DNA from: Eledone cirrhosa
Taxonomy: Eukaryota
Assembly: GCA_964016885.1 (NCBI GenBank)
Contig: CAXHJY010000289.1
Location: forward strand, 14,555-78,554
Direction: 5' to 3'
DNA length: 64,000 bases
Shown: positions 53,709 through 64,000 of the stretch, in pieces
Numbering within the stretch: the first letter of the stretch is position 1
Layout: each line of letters begins with the position of its first letter
Position numbers and translations under genes: made by a program
The notes under the pieces: model-generated
What the model saw: the letters and a program-made list of their open reading frames with translations, nothing else
Told to the model about the DNA's origin: nothing
The model's database searches: none

Positions 53709-56700
53709 GTATTTTTTTGTTATTTATGTTAAATACGGTAGTTTTTGTCGTATTGAACAGAACAAATCTTGCATTTTTGCTTTTTGTTAATCGCTTGTTA
53801 AACAATCATAACCTTCCAGCTAGCTACCCCACATCCCTCCTACCCGCCCCCACACACCACCATTCTTAATACGTGGACCAATCATAAGCCAGAGCCGCCC
53901 CCCACGCATCACCATTATTATTATTACGCAGACCAATCATAAGCCAGAGGCCTATACTATCGCTTGCCCGGTTGCCTTCGATATATGATGGATGGATGGA
54001 CTGCGGAATCCTGGAGAGTGGAAGGGAGAGAAAAATCTGGACGCTCAGCGAAAATGCCAAAATTAAAGTCGAATTCACCTCGTGGACGAGAATGCGAGCA
54101 CTCCTCTTTGTTTCGTCCGCGGATGGCTAACATAACCCCATCTCCCCCCGCCCCCCCACCGCCCCCACTCTCCAAACGCAATCCAAAACTTCAGAGTTGG
54201 TACCATAAATGTAGGCACCCTAAAGGGTCGCGCTAACGAGGTTGTAGAAATGCTTGAACGTAAGGAGGTCGATGTATGTTGTATTCAAGAGACCAGGTGG
54301 AGGGGTGGGTCTGCTAGATTCATTGAGGGTAAAAAACGATGTTATAAGCTTTTCTGGGTGGAAACGACGATGGGCTGGGTGGAGTAGGAATCATGGTAGC
54401 AGAAAAGTGGGCAGATAAGATAATAGACGTAAATAGAGTGAACGACAGAATAATTAAAATACGACTTGTCCTCATAGAACTACGGTGACAGTAATATCTG
54501 CGTACGCACCCCAATCCGACTGCCCGGCACTATAAAAGACAGATTCTATGAGACACTGATGCTAACTACCTCCCAAATATCCGACAGTGACTATATAATT
54601 ATCGCAGGCGACCTAAATGGTCACGTTGGACAACATTGTGACGGCTACGACGAAATCCATGGAGGCTATGGGTTTGTACTAGAAATGAGGAAGGCTCCAG
54701 AATCCTGTAATTCTGTGATGCAAATAACCTAACTATCTGTAACACTAACTTCAAAAAACGTGACAATCACCTGATCACCTATAGATCCGGGGAACACACA
54801 AGCCAGGTAGATTATATCCTTACCAGAAGACGTGACAGAGTGTCTGTCGTAAACACTAAATCCCTCCCCCATGAAGAATGCACCTCCCAACATAGACTGA
54901 TAATTAGCGACCTCATAGTCAGGACGAGACGTACTCAACAGCAGAAGAGGACTATCCTCAGGAGAAAAATATGGAAGCTAAAGGACCCCACAGCCAGAAA
55001 TAAATTTCAAAGCATATTACTTGATGCTTTCGACAGTAAGGAAGAACATTTACAGTCCGGACAATAATAGAGGACCGTGGGAATTTCTGAAAGCAAACCT
55101 GCTGATGGCGACAGACGAAGTCTGTGGCTGGAGCAGGCCTGTAGGCAGGAGGAGAGTAACATGGTGGTGGAACAGTAAAGTGGAGGGGTCATTTAAGGCC
55201 AAAAAGCAGGCTTGGAAAGTATGGCGGGATGGGAGAAGTAGAGAAGACTATCAAGTGGCCAGGAGGGAAGCTAGGAGACAAGTGTACTTAGCAAGAAGGG
55301 AAGCAGAGGAAAGAAAGTTCAAGCATGTTCTACAACGCGAGGACCAAAAACGTGAGGTGTTCAGGATTGCTAGGCAATGCGTCAAGGAAAACCGTGATAT
55401 TGTCGGGGAGAAGTGTGTACTAAACGATGATGGCACACTTGCCATCACCGACGCTGATAAGAAGGTAGCTTGGAAGTGCCACTATAAAAGGCTACTAAAT
55501 GAGGAGAATAAATGGGAGAAAGACAGTCTCCCCCATATCGACCCAATAGAGGGACCAGCAGTGTTAGTCGAGGGGAGTATAATAAGTAAGGCAATCAAGG
55601 ATATGAAGACGGGTAAGGCGGCTGGGCCTTCGTAAATAGTTGCTGAGATGCTGAAGGCATCCTGGCACGGTGGGACACACCATGGTCACACCGCATAGTT
55701 AACCAAGTCGTACAGAATGGGGTTGTTCCGAAGGACTGGCATAGCAGCATCATCGTTAACTGTTATAAGGGTAAAGGAGACGCTCTAGATAGGAGTAACT
55801 ATAGAGGCATTAAATTAATCGACCAGGTCATGAGGGTCACGGAAAAAGTAATAGCGCAACTAATCAGAGAGAGAATTGACCTAGATGAAATGCAGTTCGG
55901 GTTTGTGTCAGGCAAAAGTACCACAGACGCTCTTTTCATAGTACGACAACTACAGGAGAAGTACCTAGCTAAAGGTAAACCCCTCTACTTAGCTTTTGTC
56001 GACTTGGTGAAAGCCTTCGACAGAGTCCCCCCGCTCCATTATCTGGTGGGCTCTTAGAAAACAAGGCGTTGACAAATGGCTTGTGAGGGCTATACAAGCC
56101 ATGTATAAAAGAAACAGTCAGCAAGGTTAGAATTAACAACGAATATAGTGAAGAGTTTAGCGTAAAAGTTGGCGTCCATCAGGGCTCTGTTCTCAGGCCC
56201 CTACTATTTATTATTGCCCTTCAGGCTATAACAGAGGAGTTCAAGACCGGCTGCCCATGGGAACTCCTATACGCAGACGACCTGACACTCATAGCGGAAT
56301 CAATGGCCGAGCTAGAGAAGAAATTCCAAACATGGAAGCACGGCCTAGAGTCAAAAGGACTTAAAATTAACCTGGCTAAGACTAAAGTTCTAGTTTGTAG
56401 GAAAGAAAACAAGGCGGCGGTCCCTTCTGGGAAATGGTCGTGCTCGGTGTGTAGGAAAGGCGTAGGTAGAAACTCCATCTTATGTCCTAAATGAAAAGTA
56501 TGGGTGCATAAAAGATGTAGTGGGATCACAGGTAAGCTAACTAAGAACATAGATTTTACATGTGGCCGGTGTTCTGGTGCAATAAGTAGCAGCAAGTGCC
56601 CACAAAATACTAGCTCTTTCAATGCGCAGAGGGTTTCTATAGAAATAGTGGACAGCTTCCGTTACCTGGGCGATAAAATCAGCAGTGGGGGAGGGTGCTC

Positions 56701-57599
56701 TGAAAGTACAGTAGCTAGAGTCAGAACTGGTTGGAAAAAGTTCAGAGAGCTTATACCACTATTAGCTGCTAAAGGGTTCTCCCTAAAAATGAAAGGCAGG
56801 TTGTACGATGCCTGCATACGAACAGCAATGTTGCATGGCAGTGAGACCTGGGCATTGTGTGCAGAGGATATACGCAGACTAGAGAGGAACGAAGCTTGCA
56901 TGCTCCGCTGGATGTGTAACAGTAATATACGTGAACGGCAAAGCATAAACGAACTAAGGAAAAAATTAGAGATAATAGGGATCAGATGTTGTTTACTCGA
57001 GAGAAGGCTACGTTAGTATGGACACGTGATGCGCATGAAAGTCGATAGCTGTATAACAAAGTGCAGGGCAATAAAGATAGACGGTAGCCACGGAATAGGC
57101 AGACCTAGAAAAACCTGGGACGAGCTGATAAACTCCGACCTCACACACTTACACCTCTCCAAGACAGTGTCACTGGACCGAGACCTTTGCGGTACTCAGT
57201 AACAGAGAAGACCCGCCTTGCCAGTAGGCATCTCTAACAAAAATACACCCCGTCCCGCCACCACCCCCCACCCATCCACACCACCCCCGTCCTATGTAAA
57301 GTTATGGTGGTGCCGCGCCATCCAGGCCGAAACAAATGAGATCGTGTAGGTGTCACGACAAAAAACACACAGTCCGCGCTGTAATGTGGCCGTGTAGGCA
57401 ACACGGTAAAGACCTCCCAGACCCACACTGTAAATGTGGTTGGTGTTAGGAAGGGCATCCAACTGTAGAAAACACTGCCAGACAGTCCTATGCGAGCAAG
57501 ACAATCACTCTTGCCTCAAGTGGGGACTACCCCCGTCCAAACCCATGCAAGCGTGGAACACGGACGTTAAACGTTGATGATGATGATGATGATGATGAT
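53709..57599 (+). mobile_element. RTE LINE copy 2 (chimeric: 5' like copy 3, 3' like copy 1), disabled
   Basis: Collinear with copies 1 and 3; premature stops (cctgTAA, tcgTAA, aaaTGA) shared with copy 3; TAG and 3' UTR deletion shared with copy 1; (GAT)n tail. Confidence 0.95.
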
Positions 57600-57636
57600 A
57601 TATATGTATATATATATATATACATGTATATATATG

Positions 57637-57734
<98 letters not shown>

Positions 57735-57817
57735 GTATATATGTATATGTATATGTATATATATATATATGTGTATATATATATATTATGTATATATGTA
57801 TATGTATATGTATATAT

Positions 57818-57850
<33 letters not shown>

Positions 57851-57854
57851 CATG

Positions 57855-57886
<32 letters not shown>

Positions 57887-57955
57887 CATGTATATATGTA
57901 TATGTATATGTATATATATATATATACATGTATATATGTATATATATATATATAT

Positions 57956-57994
<39 letters not shown>

Positions 57995-58035
57995 TACATG
58001 TATATGTATATATATATATATATATATATACATAT

Positions 58036-58078
<43 letters not shown>

Positions 58079-58131
58079 TACATGTATATGTATATATATA
58101 TATATATATATATACATATATACATGTATAT

Positions 58132-58162
<31 letters not shown>

Positions 58163-58452
58163 CATGTATATATATGTATATATATATATATAATATATAT
58201 ATATATATATGTGTATATATATATATATATGTGTATATATATATATATGTGTATATATATATATATATATATGTGTGTATATATATTATATATATATGTG
58301 TGTATATATATATATATATGTGTGTATATATATATATATATATGTGTATATATATATGTGTGTATATATGTATATATATATATATATACATATATACATG
58401 TATATGTATATATGTATATATATATACATATATACATGTATATGAATATATG

Positions 58453-58484
<32 letters not shown>

Positions 58485-58490
58485 TACATG

Positions 58491-58524
<34 letters not shown>

Positions 58525-59330
58525 TGTATATATATATATGTGTATATATATATATATATATGTGTATATATATATATATATATGTGTATATATATATATA
58601 TATATGTGTATATATATATATATATGTGTATATATATGTATATATGTGTGTATATATATATGTATATATGTGTGTATATATATATGTATATATATATGTA
58701 TATATATGTATATATATATATATATGTGTGTATATATATATGTATATATATATATGTATGTGTATGTATGTATATAATATATGTTTATATATATGTATGT
58801 ATGTGTATATGTATGTATGTATATGTATATATATGTGTATATGTGTATATATAATATATATTTATATATATGTATGTATATGTATATATGTATATATATA
58901 TATATTGTATATATATGTATATGTATATATGTATATGTATATATATGTATGTATATGTATATGTATGTATATGTATATATATATATATATGTATGTATAT
59001 GTATATATGTATATGTATATATATGTATATGTATATATATATATATGTATATGTATATGTATATATATGTATATGTATGTATATGTATATGTGTATGTGT
59101 ATATGTATATATATATGTATATGTATATATGTATATATATATGTATATGTATATATATGTATATATGTATTATATGTATATGTATATATGTATATATGTA
59201 TATATATGTATATGTATATATGTATATAGAATATATATATATGTATATATATGTATATATGTGTGTATATATGTATATGTATGTATATATATATGTATAT
59301 ATATATGTATATATATGTATATATATATAT
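57600..59330. repeat. ~1.73-kb complex (TA)n/TATG satellite, spacer 2 (copy of spacer 1)
   Basis: Same order of variant blocks and landmarks as spacer 1. Confidence 0.97.
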
Positions 59331-62300
59331 GTATTTTTTTGTTATTTATGTTAAATACGGTAGTTTTTGTCGTATTGAACAGAACAAATCTTGCATTTTT
59401 GCTTTTTGTTAATCGCTTGTTAAACAATCATACACCTTCCAGCTAGCTACCCACATCCCTCCTACCCGCCCCCACACACCACCATTCTTAATACGTGGAC
59501 CAATCATAAGCCAGAGCCGCCCCCCACGCATCACCATTATTATTATTACGCAGACCAATCATAAGCCAGAGGCCTATACTATCGCTTGCCCGGTTGCCTT
59601 CGATATATGATGGATGGATGGACTGCGGAATCCTGGAGAGTGGAAGGGAGAGAAAAATCTGGACGCTCAGCGAAAATGCCAAAATTAAAGTCGAATTCAC
59701 CTCGTGGACGAGAATGCGAGCACTCCTCTTTGTTTCGTCCGCGGATGGCTAACATAACCCCATCTCCCCCCGCCCCCCCACCGCCCCCACTCTCCAAACG
59801 CAATCCAAAACTTCAGAGTTGGTACCATAAATGTAGGCACCCTAAAGGGTCGCGCTAACGAGGTTGTAGAAATGCTTGAACGTAAGGAGGTCGATGTATG
59901 TTGTATTCAAGAGACCAGGTGGAGGGGTGGGTCTGCTAGATTCATTGAGGGTAAAAAACGATGTTATAAGCTTTTCTGGGTGGAAACGACGATGGGCTGG
60001 GTGGAGTAGGAATCATGGTAGCAGAAAAGTGGGCAGATAAGATAATAGACGTAAATAGAGTGAACGACAGAATAATTAAAATACGACTTGTCCTCAATAG
60101 AACTACGGTGACAGTAATATCTGCGTACGCACCCCAATCCGGACTGCCCGGCACTATAAAAGACAGATTCTATGAGACACTGATGCTAACTACCTCCCAA
60201 ATATCCGACAGTGACTATATAATTATCGCAGGCGACCTAAATGGTCACGTTGGACAACATTGTGACGGCTACGACGAAATCCATGGAGGCTATGGGTTTG
60301 GTACTAGAAATGAGGAAGGCTCCAGAATCCTGTAATTCTGTGATGCAAATAACCTAACTATCTGTAACACTAACTTCAAAAAACGTGACAATCACCTGAT
60401 CACCTATAGATCCGGGGAACACACAAGCCAGGTAGATTATATCCTTACCAGAAGACGTGACAGAGTGTCTGTCGTAAACACTAAATCCCTCCCCCATGAA
60501 GAATGCACCTCCCAACATAGACTGATAATTAGCGACCTCATAGTCAGGACGAGACGTACTCACAGCAGAAGAGGACTATCCTCAGGAGAAAAATATGGAA
60601 GCTAAAGGACCCCACAGCCAGAAATAAATTTCAAAGCATATTACTTGATGCTTTCGACAGTAAGGAAGAACATTTACAGTCGGACAATATAGAGGGACCG
60701 TGGGAATTTCTGAAAGCAAACCTGCTGATGGCGACAGACGAAGTCTGTGGCTGGAGCAGGCCTGTAGGGCAGGAGGAGAGTAACATGGTGGTGGAACAGT
60801 AAAGTGGAGGGGTCAATTAAGGCCAAAAAGCAGGCTTGGAAAGTATGGCGGGATGGAGAAGTAGAGAAGACTATCAAGTGGCCAGGAGGGAAGCTAGGAG
60901 ACAAGTGTACTTAGCAAGAAGGGAAGCAGAGGAAAGAAAGTTCAAGCATGTTCTACAACGCGAGGACCAAAAACGTGAGGTGTTCAGGATTGCTAGGCAA
61001 TGCGTCAAGGAAAACCGTGATATTGTCGGGAGAAGTGTGTACTAAACGATGATGGCACACTTGCCATCACCGACGCTGATAAGAAGGTAGCTTGGAAGTG
61101 CCACTATAAAAGGCTACTAAATGAGGAGAATAAATGGGAGAAAGACAGTCTCCCCCATATCGACCCAATAGAGGGACCAGCAGTGTTAGTCGAGGGGAGT
61201 ATAATAAGTAAGGCAATCAAGGATATGAAGACGGGTAAGGCGGCTGGGCCTTCGTAAATAGTTGCTGAGATGCTGAAGGCATCTGGCACGGTGGGACACA
61301 CCATGGTCACCCGCATAGTTAACCAAGTCGTACAGAATGGGGTTGTTCCGAAGGACTGGCATAGCAGCATCATCGTTAACTGTTATAAGGGTAAAGGAGA
61401 CGCTCTAGATAGGAGTAACTATAGAGCATTAAATTAATCGACCAGGTCATGAGGGTCACGGAAAAAGTAATAGCGCAACTAATCAGAGAGAGAATTGACC
61501 TAGATGAAATGCAGTTCGGGTTTGTGTCAGGCAAAAGTACCACAGACGCTCTTTTCATAGTACGACAACTACAGGAGAAGTACCTAGCTAAAGGTAAACC
61601 CCTCTACTTAGCTTTTGTCGACTTGGTGAAAGCCTTCGACAGAGTCCCCCGCTCCATTATCTGGTGGGCTCTTAGAAAACAAGGCGTTGACAAATGGCTT
61701 GTGAGGGCTATACAAGCCATGTATAAAAGAAACAGTCAGCAAGGTTAGAATTAACAACGAATATAGTGAAGAGTTTAGCGTAAAAGTTGGCGTCCATCAG
61801 GGCTCTGTTCTCAGGCCCCTACTATTTATTATTGCCCTTCAGGCTATAACAGAGGAGTTCAAGACCCGGCTGCCCATGGGAACTCCTATACGCAGACGAC
61901 CTGACACTCATAGCGGAATCAATGGCCGAGCTAGAGAAGAAATTCCAAACATGGAAGCACGGCCCTAGAGTCAAAAGGACTTAAAATTAACCTGGCTAAG
62001 ACTAAAGTTCTAGTTTGTAGGAAAGAAAACAAGGCGGCGGTCCCTTCTGGGAAATGGTCGTGCTCGGTGTGTAGGAAAGGCGTAGGTAGAAACTCCATCT
62101 TATGTCCTAAATGAAAAGTATGGGTGCATAAAAGATGTAGTGGGATCACAGGTAAGCTAACTAAGAACATAGATTTTACATGTGGCCGGTGTTCTGGTGC
62201 AATAAGTAGCAGCAAGTGCCCACAAAATACTAGCTCTTTCAATTGCGCAGAGGGTTCTATAGAAATAGTGGACAGCTTCCGTTACCTGGGCGATAAAATC

Positions 62301-63245
62301 AGCAGTGGGGGAGGGTGCTCTGAAAGTACAGTAGCTAGAGTCAGAACTGGTTGGAAAAAGTTCAGAGAGCTTATACCACTATTAGCTGCTAAAGGGTTCT
62401 CCCTAAAAATGAAAGGCAGGTTGTACGATGCCTGCATACGAACAGCAATGTTGCATGGCAGTGAGACCTGGGCATTGTGTGCAGAGGATATACGCAGACT
62501 AGAGAGGAACGAAGCTTGCATGCTCTGCTGCATGTGTAACAGTAATATACGTGAACAGCAAAGCATAAACGAACTAAGGAAAAAATTAGAGATAAGAGGG
62601 ATCAGATGTTGTTTACTCGAGAGAAGGCTACGTTGGTATGGACACGTGATGCGCATGAAAGTCGATAGCTGTATAACAAAGTGCAGGGCAATAAAGATAG
62701 ACGGTAGCCACGGAATAGGCAGACCTAGAAAAACCTGGGACGAGCTGATAAACTCCGACCTCACACACTTACACCTCTCCAAGACAATGTCACTGGACCG
62801 AGACCTTTGGCGGTACTCAGTAACAGAGAAGACCCGCCTTACCTAAATATATAGTAAAACCTACTCCAGCCAGTAGGCTTCTCTAACAAAATACACCCCG
62901 TCCCACCACCACCACCCCCACCCCATCCACACCACCCCGTTCTATGTAAAGTTATGTTGGTGCCGCGCCATCCTGGCCGAAACAAATGAGATCGTGTAGG
63001 TGTCACGACAGAAAAACACACAGTCCACGCTGTAATGTGACCGTGTAGGCAACACGGTAAAAACCTCCCAGACCCACACTGTAAATGTGGTTGGTGTTAG
63101 GAAGGGCATCCAACTGTAGAAAACCTGCCAGACAGTCCTATGCGAGCAAGACAATCACTCTTGCCTCAAGTGGGACTACCCCCGTCCAAACCCATGCAAG
63201 TGTGGAACACGGACGTTAAACGTTGATGATGATGATGATGATGAT
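59331..63245 (+). mobile_element. RTE LINE copy 3, disabled
   Basis: Same APE/RT motifs; C-terminal ORF 62124-62846 is open; (GAT)n tail. Confidence 0.95.
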
Positions 63246-63267
63246 ATATATATATATGTATATATGT

Positions 63268-64000
63268 ATCATCATCATCAACGTTTAACGTCCGTGTTCC
63301 ACGCTTGCATGGGTTTGGACGGGGGTTTTCCCACTTGAGGCAAGAGTGATTGTCTTGCTCGCATAGGACTGTCTGGCAGGTTTTCTACAGTTGGATGCCC
63401 TTCCTAACACCAACCACATTTACAGTGTGGGTCTGGGAGGTTTTTACCGTGTTGCCTACACGGCCACATTACAGCGTGGACTGTGTGTTTTTTTGTCGTG
63501 ACACCTACACGATCTCATTTGTTTCGGCCTGGATGGTGCGGGACCAACATAACTTTACACAGAACGGGGGTGGTGGTGGTGGGACGGGGTGTATTTTGTT
63601 AGAGAAGCCTACTGGCTGGAGTAGGTTTTACTTTGTATTTAGGTAAGGTGGGTCTTCTCTATTACTGAGTACCGCCAAAGGTCTCGGTCCAGTGACATTG
63701 TCTTGGTGAGGTGTAAGTGTGTGAGGTCGGAGTTTATCAGCTCGTCCCAGGTTTTTCTGGGTCTGCCTATTCCGTGGCTACCATCTATCTTTATTGCCCT
63801 GCACTTTGTTATACAGCTATCGTCCTTCATGCGCATCACGTCACCATACCATTTTCCTAAGTTCGTTTATGCTTTGTCGTTCACGTATATTACTATTACA
63901 CATCCAGCGGAGCATGCAAGCTTCGTTTCTCTCTAGTCTACGTATATCCTCTGCACACAATGCCCAGGTCTCACTGCCATGCAACATTGCTGTTCGTATG
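63268..64000 (-). mobile_element. RTE LINE copy 4, inverted, tail-to-tail with copy 3, running off the window
   Basis: (ATC)n tail then reverse complement of the 3' UTR and RT C-terminus (ORF 63639-63839 GRPRKTWDEL); small internal deletion near 63851. Confidence 0.95.

Noticed and set aside
45797-59446. Long ORFs (up to 613 aa) of IY/YI/CV repeats on both strands
   Set aside because: Stop-free translations of TA/TG microsatellite; not proteins.
48577-62846. Active autonomous LINE
   Set aside because: Every copy has in-frame stops as well as frameshifts; the stops are substitutions shared between copies, so unlikely to be simple sequencing indels.

Overview
AT-rich, repeat-saturated eukaryotic DNA. 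The repeat repertoire (RTE LINEs with (GAT)n tails, tRNA-derived SINEs, very long complex (TA)n tracts) suggests an octopus or other coleoid genome (inference). The only host exon I can support is a 39-nt exon at 45379-45417 (+) encoding (V)LCSKNLAKKDFF(R), the start of the C2 domain of the E3 ubiquitin ligase Smurf, so the window is probably mostly Smurf intron. Downstream lie three head-to-tail, near full-length but disabled RTE LINEs (APE endonuclease + RT with an embedded PHD-type finger) separated by ~1.7-kb TA satellites, and a fourth inverted copy tail-to-tail. Diagnostic bases show the middle copy is a chimera of its neighbours. The least obvious signal is a set of short cassettes in or beside (TA)n tracts carrying minimal type I hammerhead ribozymes (intact cores at 1428-1470 and 46447-46504, mutated copies at 24955-24990 and an inverted pair at 44044-44208) and fold-back hairpins, resembling Penelope pseudo-LTR/retrozyme elements. 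The long IY/YI ORFs in the ORF track are microsatellite artefacts. All identifications were made by eye, without database searches.
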